NCBI GenBank assembly: GCA_002189035.1
Contig: CM007989.1
Location: forward strand, 3,720,001 to 3,784,000
DNA from: Utricularia gibba
Lineage: Eukaryota > Plantae > Magnoliophyta
DNA: 64,000 nucleotides
Reading direction: 5' to 3'
Positions 37,718-51,469 of the stretch are shown here, piece by piece; position 1 is the stretch's first letter; each line of letters opens with the position of its first letter. Position numbers and translations under genes: made by a program. Under the pieces are notes generated by a model. It ran no database searches. It was not told the DNA's origin and saw nothing but the letters and a program-made list of their open reading frames with translations.

Positions 37718-40700
37718 ATGGAGCCAAGTCGTCAGGTATTCTCAGTCGACCTACTGAAGCGACACGCGGCGAAGGGCCGTGGAGTAATTACATGTATGGC
37801 CGCCGGTAATGACGTTATTTTGCTGGGAACAAGCAAAGGCTGTGTTATTCGCCATGATTTTGGCGTTGGTGACTCCTTTGGTAGGTATTGGGGATCTTAT
37901 GTTGTTTGTTTCCTGCCTCGATGTTTTGATTTTTCGCCTAATGCAGATATTGATCTTGCCGTGGGAAGAACTGGGGAGCACTCTATTCACAGGGTTTTTG
38001 TTGATCCTGGAGGTAGTCATTGTATTGCGACTGTGGTTGGCGCTGGAACTTCTGATACATTTTATGTACATGCAAAATGGGCAAAGCCCCGGATTCTGCC
38101 AAAACTGAAGGGCCTATTGGTGAACACTGTGGCCTGGAATAGGCAACATATTACCGAAGGTAAATTAGCAGTTTTGTGAAACTTTACTTTTTTGATATCG
38201 CGATCATTTGTGGATATTTGTTCAGCCTATTTCATGTTGTGGCAGCTTCAACTCGAGAAATTATTCTTGGTACAGACAACGGCCAACTCCATGAAGTTGC
38301 TGTTGATGAGAAAGATAAGAAGGAAAAATATTGCCGCTTTTTATTTGAGCTCAGTGAACTTCCCGAAGCTTTTACAGGGTTGCAGGTTTGGTTCATTTTG
38401 GTGCTTTTGCTCAGTTAGCTTTTCTCTTCCTTGATCTTTCAAATATGCAATTAATTCATAAACGACTTTGAGTTTTCCATTTTGTATTGGATGCTGTTTT
38501 TTGCTTCACGGTTCTTTGTTTTTATGATACAAGTCTCTCACTTATGATATTCTTTTGCTTCAATGATGAAAAATCATGTTTTCATCGCCTGGTGTCTATT
38601 TATAGATGGAAACAGCTCCTACAAGTAATGGGACAAGATACTATCTGATGGCTGTCACACCAACTCGACTTTATTCTTTTACTGGAGTGGGTTCCTTGGA
38701 GGTAAATTTTAGTTGATTATTGCATCATATTTTTTTGTTTCGTACTCACATTCACTATAAACTGTCGTTTTTTTCATTGGAATCATGGTCATGGCTGATC
38801 ATCTCATTCTTTTTCATCTCTTTGCAGTCTGTTTTTTCTAGTTATGCAGAACGTGCTGTTCACTTCATGGAACTTCCTGGTGAAATTCCAAACAGGCAAG
38901 TTCATGGATATTTTTTTGTAGTGAAGTTCATTGTGTTGGTGAAAGCCGTTGCTTTCAGCATTGAGTGTCAGATTTATTTCTGTTCTCCTTTTTTTTACTA
39001 GAATTTCTATTATATTTTTAAATAAAAGGTTTACATTTGAGTTAAGAATTTGAGTGCCTCTGCTGCAGCGAGCTGCATTTTTTCATTAAACAAAGAAGAG
39101 CAACACATTTTGCATGGCTGTCTGGTGCTGGAGTTTATCATGGAGGCCTTTATTTTGGTGCGCAGTCCAGGTAGAAATTGAGGCATCCTCTTTGTTTTTC
39201 GATTAAAACAATGTGCTGAAAAGAGGATAATGCTTATATTTTACTGGTGGTCAGATCTCCAAACGGGGATGAAAACTTTGTGGAGAACAAAGCTTTACTG
39301 GATTATGCAAAACTTGGAGAAGGCGCCCTTGTGAAACCTAGTTCAATGGGGGTCTCTGAATTTCATTTTCTTCTTCTGGTTGGGAACAAGATTAAGGTTC
39401 ATCAAAGTTTGTAAATTTTAGTTTATGTTGCTTTAGTGTCTTGAGAACCTGAAGATTTAAATCATTTTTCCAGCAGAACATCCTGGAAGAATGATTTCAA
39501 GTTTTTTTTCCAGAAAAGTCGATCATGTTCTATTTTTCAATTATTTTTATACACTAGTATTACGTGCATATATTTTTTGAGGGCACACGCATTTATTTGG
39601 TTTGCTCTTATGTTTATCCAGTATCAAAATATTTAATTTTTTCTTTTGGTTTTCTCAAGGTAGTGCGTTTTTTCCTCACTTGCTGCAACTTCTTTCTTTG
39701 TAATGTAAAAACCTTGTTTAGGTACTTAACAGGATAAGCGAGCAGACAGTGGAAGAGCTTTATTTTGATCAGGCTTCTGACCCAAGGGGCTTTCTGGGTT
39801 TATGTAGTGATGCATCTTCTGGCCTTTTTTATGCATATGACCAAAATTCAATTTACCAGGTTTTTATCAAGTTCATTGTTGGAAATTCGTACTTTTTATT
39901 CCAATTTATATTCCTAATGGCTTGATTGAAAATTCAAATGAAGGTGTCTGTGAATGATGAAGGCCGGGATATGTGGAGGGTGTATTTGGACTTAAAGGAA
40001 TATGCTGTGGCATTGGCAAACTGTCGTGATGCCCTGCAAAGAGATCAAGTCTATCTCGATCAGGTCGTTATCATAAACATTTCATGTATTTCTGGTTGCT
40101 GTTGCTATTACTTTGTGGTATGATACTGATACTGTTTTTCAGGCGGAGACTGCTTTTCTAGCCAAGGACTTTCTAAGGGCTGCTTCATTTTATGCAAAGG
40201 TAGTTGTTTTCCTGCACTGTCTACTGCAAATTATGTCTAGAAAAAATATTTCCTTCTTGTTTACCCAGATACTGTAAGGGCTTTTGCTATTCTACGATTT
40301 TCAATTTAGTATATAATCTTATCCAATGTCATTTGCTGCAGATTAACTTTGCCTTGTCATTTGAAGAGATAACCTTGAAGTTTATTAGCATTGGTGAACA
40401 GGTAATGGTAGTTTTCCTTCCACAAACATTCCGCTTCATTTCTTTTTTAGTAGTTCCTTCTCATTTATTTCAGGATGCTTTGAGGACCTTTTTATTGCGG
40501 AAGCTTGATAACTTTTCAAAAGATGACAAATGTCAAATAACGATGATTTCCACATGGGCAACTGAACTGTATCTGGATAAGGTTCTTCCGCAATTTAAAA
40601 AGCTACTTATTTTTTCAAGTAGTTTCTCCACGCTAATGCATTTTCATCGGGCTATCAGATTAACAGATTGCTTCTGGAAGACAATGCTTATTCTAGTAGT

Positions 40701-43361
40701 GAGAACACAGAATGCCAATCAATAATATTGGAATTCCGTGCATTTTTGAGTGATTGCAAGGACGTACTGGATGAGGCTACCACTATGAAACTTCTTGAAA
40801 GGTTAGGCACTCTGCATAAATGGTGACTTCCTGAATTGACTTTATCCGGATACCTTCAGCACATGTATCTTATGATTTCTTGCAGCTACGGTAGAGTTGA
40901 TGAACTGGTTTTCTTTGCTAATCTTAAGGAGCAGCATGAAATTGTTGTTCATCATTATATTCAGGTGCCTGCCTTTTATGCTACCTGTCAGAAATCATTA
41001 TTCTGTCTTGTGCTTCTCCTGACTTCTCATAATCATATCCTCGTTATGATTTTGTGCTTTCATTTCCATGATATGGATTCTTCACAACACTTCAGTTTCT
41101 CTTGGTTTCTGGTATATTCTGTATAATCTTTATCTATTTAATGTCAGCTGGGAGAAGCGAAGAAAGCATTACGTGTTCTCCAAAAGCCAAATGTACCCAC
41201 AGAACTTCAGGTCTGTTGTAAGTTAATATTACATCAAGAAATGTCATGTCATTGCTATACTAGATGTATTCTAACACAAATTTAGACTTTTCTTAGAATC
41301 TTCTATTTTATGTAGTATAAGTTTGCACCAGATCTTATCACCCTCGATGCATATGAAACTGTTGAATCATGGATGACAACAAAAGACCTGAATCCAAGAA
41401 AGCTGATTCCTGCAATGATGCGCTATGCAAGTGAACCGCATGCAAAGTAAAGATCCCTCTACTTTATGGTTGGGAGGGATAGTTTACATTTTTAGGAAGT
41501 TGAATTTGTTGTTGGAACCAAACGCCTTTTTTGGGCCTTTTTTGTTCAGGAACGAAACCCATGAAGTGATAAAGTATTTGGAGTATTGTGTTCACCGTTT
41601 GCAGAATGAGGATCCTGGAGTACACAACTTGTTACTTTCTTTGTATGCCAAGCAGGTTGGTTGGATGAAGAAAGTTTTTCTGCTCTGATTCTTTCATGAA
41701 ATTATCTTCTCACCCTTCTTTTGATATTAGGGGGATGAGAGCTCTCTTTTGCGGTTCCTTCAGTGCAAATTTGGGAAGGGACAAACAGAAGGGCCTGACT
41801 TCTTTTATGATCCGAAATATGCGTTGCGACTATGCCTTAAGGAGAAACGAATGCGAGCCTGTGTCCACATTTATAGTATGATGTCCATGCATGAAGAGGC
41901 AGTCGCTCTTGCTTTGCAGGTAATAAGTGACACTATTGGCATAATTGGGGTGCATATATTGCAGTGATCAGCTGGAAGTACTAGTTTTTATCTCTCACCA
42001 CCTTCAAATGTATCCATAACACTTTGGGAATGTATATTTTCACGATGAATTAATCCTTGTAAAATTTTCCAATAGGTTGATCCTGAGCTTGCTATGGCTG
42101 AAGCCGATAAGGTTGAAGATGATGAAGACTTGAGGAAGAAACTCTGGTTGATGGTGGCCAAACATGTTATCGAGCAAGAGAAAGGCACTAAAAGGGAGAA
42201 TATTCGCAAGGCTGTAGCATTTCTCAAGGAAACAGATGGGCTTCTGAAAATTGAGGATATCTTACCATTCTTTCCAGATTTTGCTCTAATTGATGATTTT
42301 AAGGTATGTCACTTGGCTTTTTTACCAAATTTCATCCTGCTTCTTGATATGGATAATTGTCCTGGAACTAATTGTTTAGCCTTCCATGACACACCCGCGT
42401 GTAGGAGGCGATCTGCTCTTCTCTTGAAGATTACAATGAACAAATTGAAAAGCTCAAGCAAGAGATGAGCGATGCTACACAAAGTGCAGACAACATAAGA
42501 AGGGATATCACTGCACTCGCTCAAAGATATGCCATCATCAAGCGAGATGAGGAGTGTGGGGTATGGCATTCTTATGGTTCCGTGCATTATTTGACATCAC
42601 CCACTAGATTGCTCTGCACTGAAATTAAGAGCACACTTCCCCTCGCAACATTATCTCCACTTCATGACTACATTCTTTGTGTTCAGGTTTGTGGCAAGAA
42701 AATATTGAATGTGGCGGATATTAACCGGTTAGGGAGGGATATGCATCTATGGGATCCATGGCTCCTTTCTATGTCTTCCCATGTGGGCACTCCTTCCATG
42801 CAAACTGCTTGATTGCACATGTGACAAAGTGCTCATCTGTGGCTCAAGTAAGTTGGGAACACACGATGGCCCTCTCCAAAAGCAAAGTCTTTAGATTTCT
42901 CGTCCTCTGTATAGATGAATGCGCCTCGGTTCATGGTTTCACACACCCATTCTTTTTTCTTCAATGATCTTTTTGACAGGCCGAGTACGTACTGGATTTG
43001 CAAAAACAGCTTATGTTACTAGCTAACGAGCCAAGGAGAGAGATAAATGGACATGGAGCACATGAGGAACCAGTACCAAGAACCATAAGCCTTGAAGACA
43101 AGGTACATGTTGCAGGCTTGTTGCTTGACTAGTCAGTCCGAGGAATCAAATCATGTGTGGAGTGACTTGTATCCGTATTTCGTGCAGATACAATCACAGC
43201 TTGAAGATGCAATTGCGAGCGACTGCCCCTTCTGTGGTGATTTGATGATCCGCCAGATATCTCTGCCGTTCATCCTCCCCGAGGAAACAGACGAGATTGA
43301 ATCATGGGAAATAAAGCCTCAGAAAGTTGGCCCCCAGAAAAGCATCGCTCTCACGATTTGA
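37718..43361 (+). CDS. VPS18: Vacuolar protein sorting 18 (HOPS/CORVET core); about 25 exons; one GC-AG intron (38896); -1 frameshift at 42736-42738
   Basis: GRGVITCMAAGNDVILLGTSKG, Pep3/Vps18 domain DMWRVYLD, clathrin-repeat region, LLKIEDILPFFPDF, RING FYVFPCGHSFH and CPFCGDLMI. Confidence 0.95.
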
Positions 43362-43701
43362 TACTCTTTTTGTGCAGTACAGAGCTTGAGTTAATCGCAC
43401 ATGTACCAGAACAAGATACATGTGATATACCATTACTCTAAAAAAAAAAAGTATTGGAATTGCAAGGCACACTCTTTCCTCTTGTCCAACAGGCAGCGAC
43501 TGAAGGCATTGGCTCCTGCAATCCGAAGGCAACATCGTTCAGAGGCCCAAGGTAACAAGCCCTGCTGTATTTGCTTACTGGATGTGCTGATCCCGAACGC
43601 AGAGTCTTGAGGACAGCTTTTTTCTTTTTTTTTTTCTGTAGATTTGAGTGTAAGACAGAATTCCCACAATACCACGTGGATTGTCTACAATTTTTTCTGC
43701 T

Positions 43702-44986
43702 CTACTTCTGCTTGTTCAAGTTACGTTCAAGCCTCTCAACAGCAGCACCCGTGCTGCTCTTTGTCTCTCTCTCTCCATAAGTAGATAGTTCTCCTTCATT
43801 TGCTTTTGACGCGAGCTTCAATTGAAGCCAACCTGCAATGATTGGAGACCGTAACTGCATGAGCTAGAGGCTAAGTGCTAACTCTGAATCCAGAATCAGT
43901 TTTGCATTCAAAAGCTGAAAGGGATCTAGATGTTTTACCAAAAGGGAAGCAGATTGCTGCGCCCAAAACCGAACCCAAAACTGCATTCCTCAGGCGCCAC
44001 TTTAGCGAGCCTGGAACTGTCAACATTCACAGGGAAAGCAATGGCAACATTATTTACTAGTAGATATGCCTGTCACGCATGCTGATCATTGACAACAGGA
44101 AACTCACGTATTAGGCCAGAAGTGGCGGCTGTAGTAGAACCTGCTGCAACTATGTTGTACACATCATTCACGCCACGTTTCTCAGCTAGCAGGTTTTCCA
44201 AACCATAAAAAGCAGCTGTGAACATTCCAAGGCGAACTCCACCAACAATGGAACCACGGGTGACTCTGATAAATCTTTTCTCCATTGCGTCTCTCATGAT
44301 CTTATACTGCTCACGCTTGTCAGGAGTGCTACCAAGCTTCAACATGGCTTCTGCATCCTTACTCTGCAACAAATGAGAGAAGCCTGAAAAAAATCATCAA
44401 GTTGCACCAACATTGTTTAAAAACCAAGAGTGTAATCAGCTTCCAAGTTAAAAAAACAGCATTCTTATCACGATATTCATGGAAGGAAGCAACAGGAAGT
44501 AAACGTTTACATTGAATAAAGTGTACACACTTACAACAGAAGCAGATGCCTCTTTGCTAGCACCATACAGCATTCCAGCGAATACTCCAACAACAGTAGC
44601 TGTAGCCCAGTTGACAGTCCCCACTAGCTTCTGGGTTCTCTGCCACCAGAGCAATGATCTTACTTCATTAACCCCGAAACAACGAACTCACAGAGATGGT
44701 GAAAAACAACTATTTTTACAGTGATTCATCATTTCTAGATTCCGAAAGGAAATTGAGATTCTCCCTCTCAAGTTAAACCCCATGTTCAAGCTTTGATGCC
44801 AAGATCAAACGGTGGAATCTAAAATCTTTAAAGTAAGGCATTTAAGATTAAATTCAAATCTAACGGCACACATATCTACTAGACCACCAACGAACAGTAA
44901 ACTCAAGAAAATACACTTGAAAAGGAAAAAAAAAAAAAAAAACTCACATCGCTAGTCGCCTCTTCTGGCATTTCTGACGCCTCCAT
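43702..44986 (-). CDS. Tim17/Tim22/Tim23-family-like membrane protein; about 5 exons; frameshift in a (GA)n run at 43764-43775
   Basis: VVGVFAGMLYGASKEA|SKDAEAMLKLGSTPDKREQYKIMRDAMEKRFIRVTRGSIVGGVRLGMF...GSTTAA...PGSLKWRLRN...GWLQLKL. The first exon (44948-44986) is tentative. Confidence 0.78.
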
Positions 44987-45814
44987 TGGAAATGCGAAAT
45001 TCCAATCTCCAAAAGACGCAGAAACAGTACCAGGCGAAACGGATTCGATAACCCAAAGAATGCCTTTAAGCAGTCAAGACGAACAATAAGGTCTCCACCA
45101 CAATCAAGGAAAAAAAATCTCCTGCTAAAGATTATCACCTTATTTCATTACAAGATTCCTTCGAAACTCGATAGCTTGACACCAAGTTGAGTCCTTCAAA
45201 GACCCTCCGGTCTCCGCGCACCGCCGATCACGTGAAGAATCGGCGGCATATCGTGCTCCACAACTGGGCCTAATTTTGCTGGTGCCTTACCCATTAAACT
45301 TCACAAAGAACTGTTATCGAGAGTCATGAAGTCCGTCGTTTACCTGGAGCATGATCTGATGAAGGACAGCCCAAAGTCCAGCCTCGCGCCAGTCAAACGA
45401 TGGATACCTCTGGATCTGAATACAGATGTGCGGCCATGGACTTAGTGGGCCTAATGGAGGAAGAGCGGAAGCGGTTACGAGAATAAAATTGGTTGGTCAA
45501 AGGTGAAAAAAGCCCACGAGATAGTGCATCAGAAGCCCCGGGGTACAACTTCTCAACGTCTTCTTCTGTAAAAAAACTGCTCTCAGACTTCTGAGCTCAT
45601 CGGGGTTCCGGACATTCTCTGCCGGGTGATGGTGAATTCATGCGGTTAATCTCTTTTTGATATCCCCGCCCCCCTCTCCCATCTCTCTCTGTCTGCCTTC
45701 TGGACCAAAATGTTTTACCCATAGAAATTTCTAGAATCTCGAGCGCACACCCTTCTCCGATCTCGGCCTGGGTAAGGCCAACAAGGGGACTCTCTCGATT
45801 CCAGGTCAACTTGT

Positions 45815-47694
45815 ATGGCAATTTCTTCTAATAAAGGCAAGTTGCTGCTCTCCAAATTGGTCATTTATTTGATCATCTCCAGTTTCTTTGATTTTCGGCG
45901 TGGCCCTTGCCTTGCTATTGCTTCGGATTTAGACTCGTGTTCAAAGTCAGACGATATAATCGAAAGGTTTGGTCAAAGCGGTAGCCTTTTTAGGGAAACA
46001 GTACTCCGCGAGGAAGTAGACGAGAACCCTCATGCAGTTTTGCTTAATAAACACGAACTTCAGTTGAAAAAGCTCGAAGGATTAGTACGAGAACTGGGGC
46101 AACTGGTCGCACGGCTAGAATCCCGGATCGATGTGTCTTCACTTGATGATGCAACCACATATGTTAGTGCTAAGGTTGTGGAAGAAGGGAAATTTTGCAG
46201 AAAGGAAGAAGCTTCTACCTTGGTGAAAAAATACAATGCTCTTTGGACAGAGAGGTTTCATTTTACATCTGCTGTGAAATTGACAACTTTCCCTGCTTGT
46301 GTCAGTCTCTTGCAAAGGGATTCTGAGGGTTATAGCAAGTATTTTGCTGTTGGCGATGAAAAGGGTAAAGTTCTCGTCTTCTTGAGAAGTGGGGATCTTT
46401 CCCTGGAGTTCAACACGTTCCTGGATTCTGCCGAGGGATCACGTATTACGGCAATGGTTTTCTACTCATCCGTTTACAAGAATGAGACAAGGATTGTAAC
46501 AGGGCATGAAGATGGTAGCGTGGTAATGCACCGGATATGGGAACCATCGAGCTCTGAAGAATCTAGCGCTTTACACGTAGAGAGAGTTGTCGCGTTCGAT
46601 GTTCCGCAATCAAACAAGCCAAGGATAACTGTGCTGGAAGTTCACAATGTTGGTCGGAAAAAGTACATCTTGGCCGCAAATGGAGAAGGAAAGATCACCA
46701 TTTTCTGGGAGGATGGAAAGCTTCACGGGGTTGCTACCCCTACAGCAAACCCTGTTGTCTTTTTTAAGCAGAGACTCTTGTTTCTGACAGCTTCCGGTGC
46801 TGGGTCGCTGGATTTGAGGACCATGAAGATCAAGGAGTCGGAATGTGAAGGATTAAACAACTCTCTTGTGGAAAGTTATGTTTTTGATGCGATGGATCGG
46901 TCCAAGGCGTATGGGTTGACATCAGAAGGGGATTTGATTAAGACAGTGCTCTTGGGGATGCAATAAATTTCAAATGTCAGATAAGATCTAAGTGGAAGCT
47001 TGATCTTTCTCATCCTATGGCTTTACAGACTATAAAAGGGTATTTGCTGGTCACAGACAGTAAGAAGGTGCTCCTGTACAACACTTCATCGCAGCAGTAT
47101 GTTCGTGGAAGCAGAGTGAGGTTCATGTTCTCTGCTTCCATTGATGAGATCGCATCATCTTTTATGAACGAGCGGGTATCTAATGCAGAGAAGATCACCT
47201 CTCCATTGATCGTCAGTGACAGCGATAAGGATTTACTAATCCATCTTGGAAATGGATACATTGCCTTATACCGGTCCAAGCTCCCGATCATCAAAAGTGA
47301 GTTCAACAGCATCCTGTGGACGAGCCCCGTCTTGTTCTTCATCCTTTTCCTGTTTGGGGCGTGGCATTTCTTCGCTAGCAAGAAGGAGGTGCTCACTTCA
47401 TGGGGTCCTGATGATCCAGCAATGCCTCCAACAGGAACTGGTGCAGATTCCCCAGAAAACACGGAGATGATGAAGCTGGGAGGAACAACCAGTTTAATGG
47501 GCTCATCTTCCCAATATGTTCCTCCTCCACGCTATGCCGGTGGAGAGGCCAATTCCTTTCGCCCTGGAGGGCTGGAAACAAACCCTGCTGATCCTCGCTT
47601 TACGGAGCTGAAGTTTAGAGGATCAAACATGGAAGCTGGTAAAAGAAGGGATAGTTTGTTTGGGAACAGTCAAGGGGTGAATGGTAGCACCTGA
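45815..47694 (+). CDS. Uncharacterised membrane protein, At1g75140/At1g19370-like; intronless; -1 frameshift at GGGG 46954-46957
   Basis: Signal anchor, coiled coil, WTERFHFTSAVKL, YFAVGDEKG, KQRLLFLT, YVFDAMDRSKAYG, and a TM WTSPVLFFILFLFGAWHFF. One added G fuses the 383-aa and 225-aa ORFs (LLGDAINFKCQIRS). Confidence 0.87.
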
Positions 47695-49056
47695 TATGCA
47701 TCATCATCTCCCTTGCTACACGCCCCTTTTTTTGAACTCTCCTGTTAGTGCAATTAGAGTTTCTTTTTTTGTAATAGTTTGCTTCCCAGTTAATCCAAAT
47801 CCATACTTTGACCTTGTTTATCACAACGCCCCACTCATATACGCAACATCTTTGTATTTTGTGAATCATGCGGGATAAGAAGACAAACATGCCGACAGAA
47901 TCAATGCTGTTTTCTTAGTTGTAATGAAGCGTTTGTTTGGATTGTGGGTTGGTCTACGTAGTTGGAATGGATCTCAAGCTATGTGACGACAATTCAAAAC
48001 AGGAGACCGAAGAAAGTATTCGGTATGCCCAGAGAAGAGTGGCCAACTCATTGCAAGATCCAAGACACTGGGCCAGGGGGACAGAGGGGGTCTCCCTTGT
48101 CGATTATCCTGTTAGAATGGAGAAGAGTTTTCTCGGTTGCACCGCCCAAATCGCAATCTCTGTCGCGCGTGCCTCGCCACTTAAACGAAATGGAAGGACC
48201 AGTTAGTACTGCGAGCGAGCCAGCCTCACCAGACTCAAAACCAAATTGGCGGCATGTCTGGCTGTCTGTGTTTTCCACCCAGTCTTTGCTTTACAGAGAC
48301 CAGACCAATTCTGTGTTGATCTTGATTTTGAAGTATCAGAGGACGGATCTTTGCTTGTGAAGGGAGGGAGTAGCCAAGGCCCCACTTGCGCAGTGCGCTG
48401 TGGGTTTTTCTACACGAAGCAGCCAGCAACAGCCGCCCAAAATCCCTGCCACCAAATCCTGCTCACCGTTGATCCCTCTTCTGTCGTCTTTCTCTGCACA
48501 GTAGCCTCGTTGATCTCACCTTCTGTATGTATGAACCCGACTTCAAAAGTGTGGGCGCCTGGATGTGCGTACAGACAGAGAGGCGGATACAGCCTACAAG
48601 TTTACGGGATACAGAAAAAACAAAAATTGAATCTTTTGAAGAAACATGTTTCTGGTTTTTCTTAAAAACGATTTTTGATATCCCAAGTGGAAACTTTACT
48701 GTTGTCTGTAAGACCAGAGGGAGACGATGTGTGTCGATCTATAAAATGGGTGCAAATGCCATTTTCTCGTGTATATAAATAGAGTTGTATTCTGCTGCTT
48801 CCTTGGTCTGCATTCTCCTGCTTTTCCTGCCTTCGAAAACGGAGTCTATCCGTTCCCCAGGAACACCCATCTTCAGCGTCTCTCACCTTCGCACACAGTA
48901 GTTCTCTGCCTGTCATCTTCATGGCACAAACACTGACTTCCAAGCCTACAATGGGTCCAATTGGCTGCAGGTATACATCACGCACTCCAATTGCTTGTTT
49001 GGTGCAATGAATGCCATGCATTTCTTCTTAATGCATATTGAAAACGAAAACAGGGG

Positions 49057-49962
49057 ATGATGACTAGAGCTGGTGTTGATTCTTCGTCTACTCCGATGGG
49101 CGGTTCCGCTTCTTCTGAAAACGTCGTGTTCGGTGGCGAAAGGTCGTCGGTGGAACGGAGACTTGGTCGTCCGCAGGATGAGCAGGCGCTGAAATGCCCG
49201 AGATGCGAATCAACTCACACCAAATTCTGCTACTACAATAACTATAGTCTCTCTCAGCCGCGCTACTTCTGCAAGACATGCCGCCGTTACTGGACCAAAG
49301 GAGGGACCATACGCAATATTCCAGTTGGTGGAGGTTGCCGGAAAAACAGTAAGAAAGCATCCACCGTCGCAGCAGCATCTAGGAAGCTGTCCACCGATTT
49401 CCAAAGTTCCAGTGTTTCGCCTTCTTTGATGCTCAAGCCGGAAAGCAACAGCTTTTCCTCGTTCCCATTCACCATTTTCAGCACCGATGATAGCAATCCT
49501 GCGAATCTACACCTTACTTTTCCTGAGCAACTCCAGTTTTCCTCCCCACTAAATGCAGCGGCATTTACACCTGCTCCAGAGTTCTTGATCGGAAACCCAC
49601 TTCGGTTTGACATCATGGAAGCAAATAACGAGCCTTTCATGGCCACCGGAGATAAGTATCCCGTTCCAGCCAGCTTCAACGATGACGGTTGTGGGTCGTG
49701 CTTGTCTCTCGACCACAACGGCGGCGATGTTCTCGAGAGGTTCCTGATGCTTCCCTACGGTGGCGGTGATGGAACCGCTGTCGATGTCAAGCCCGATGCG
49801 AAGATTTTGTTGCCCCATGAGAATCACAATCATGTGCACGGCGCAGCCTGCTGCTGCTGCAGCAACTCCAACACCGCAAAAGACACATTCGGTTACAATC
49901 TCGGATCCTGGGCCGGATTTATGGGTGGGTATGGATGTTCTGCAACAAATCCGTTAGTTTAA
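49057..49962 (+). CDS. Dof zinc-finger transcription factor (DOF5.6/HCA2-like); a short upstream exon probably ends at about 48969
   Basis: [50 protein letters not shown] and a C-terminal [11 protein letters not shown]. Confidence 0.93.
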   Translation: MMTRAGVDSSSTPMGGSASSENVVFGGERSSVERRLGRPQDEQALKCPRCESTHTKFCYYNNYSLSQPRYFCKTCRRYWTKGGTIRNIPVGGGCRKNSKKASTVAAASRKLSTDFQSSSVSPSLMLKPESNSFSSFPFTIFSTDDSNPANLHLTFPEQLQFSSPLNAAAFTPAPEFLIGNPLRFDIMEANNEPFMATGDKYPVPASFNDDGCGSCLSLDHNGGDVLERFLMLPYGGGDGTAVDVKPDAKILLPHENHNHVHGAACCCCSNSNTAKDTFGYNLGSWAGFMGGYGCSATNPLV

Positions 49963-51469
49963 TTGACAAAAACCAAAGAATGTAGCTTTGACTCTCCTCT
50001 GCGACGTTTCACTACTTTTGTTGTTATGGAGTTTTTATTGATAATAGAAGCGTGTATTTCCTTCACAAATTCTGCTCTCATCATCCACTTTCCAACATCA
50101 CTCACTCATGGTTGTGTTGAAATGCTCCAGAAATGCTTTAAAAACAGAATCTTTGGTCTCGGATTCAGGGCATGAATTCTGAATCCGCAGTGGAATGTTT
50201 TACTGGGTCTTGATGGAGTCTTGCGCTTAGGAACAGTTTTCAGGATGAGGCTTCTAATACAATAATGTAATTGCCATAGTTTGTCGGTTTGTAATAAATT
50301 CAAAGATTGGATTCTTTCAGGGATTTGGCCGCGATTCGAGGAAGATATTCTTATGCTGGTGTTATTACTTTTGGCTTGGTTCCAACTCTTGCCGACAAAG
50401 CAGCCCCATCCCCTGATTTCCCGGTTTCCACTGTTTTTGTACGAAGTTAGTGACCAGAGAAGCGAGGTTTGAAAAATTCAAAGCACTTGACACTGACTCA
50501 AGTACAAACATCCCTTTTGGGGGCTGCTGGTAGAGCAAAGGCCGTTTGGAACAGACTACAGTAACAGAGAATGCATGTTACAGTAATGTATAGAACAGTG
50601 ACTAACCAGAAGAGTGATAGCGCATAGAACAGCCCCAACAACTGGGGATAAGATAGAGGGACTTGGGAATGCCTTGTGTTGATGGGGTTGGGATAGATTG
50701 CTTAAGTTACATGATCATTGCCATGGAGTGGGGCTGGATCACTAATGGAGGTGACTATCGAAGTTTTGGTAAGGATCTGCAGTGTTTCAACTTGTGTGTA
50801 TTGTAATTTGAAAGAATGATCGAGTAATAGAATTTCGTGCAATACCAACAAAGTGTAGGTTGACTGTAAATGTGCCACATCTAAGTCAGCTATTAATCCA
50901 ACTAAATTGTTATTAGTTCAAAACAAAAAAAAAACAGTTATCTTTAGACTTCTGAAGATAAAAACGAAAGATGAATGCAGAGAAGAGAGGAGCAGCGGTA
51001 GTTGATCTAAAAATCGGAAAAAACTGTTTGTGAAGATAAACTTGAAGAGATTATTTCTTCTCTAAGGTTCTACGCTCGTTTTTTGTGAAGTCTTCCTTTG
51101 ATTTCACTGATTTGTAAACCTTGAAATGGGAATTCATTATGATATTCATAAGCTTGTGAGCTTGGTTCGAAATCTGTTAGTGATTTTGTTTGTACACTTC
51201 AACCGATGATTTAGTAGATGGTTTATGCCTAATGTGTAGAGCACTCGTGGTTTTTTACCGCAAGGTTTTCCACACTAAAAAATCTTGCATTCTTTACATT
51301 TATCCAAATCTTTCTTTGTTGTTAATTATTGTGATCAGGTTCTGGGTTTGTTTAAGCTGAGTATAAGTGCTGTTACTCAGAATTCGGTTATTATAATCCT
51401 CACACAAAGCAAAAGAGAAATACTTGATGGTTCAAAAGGTGAGATCATTGTATCTACACTTGCATATAT

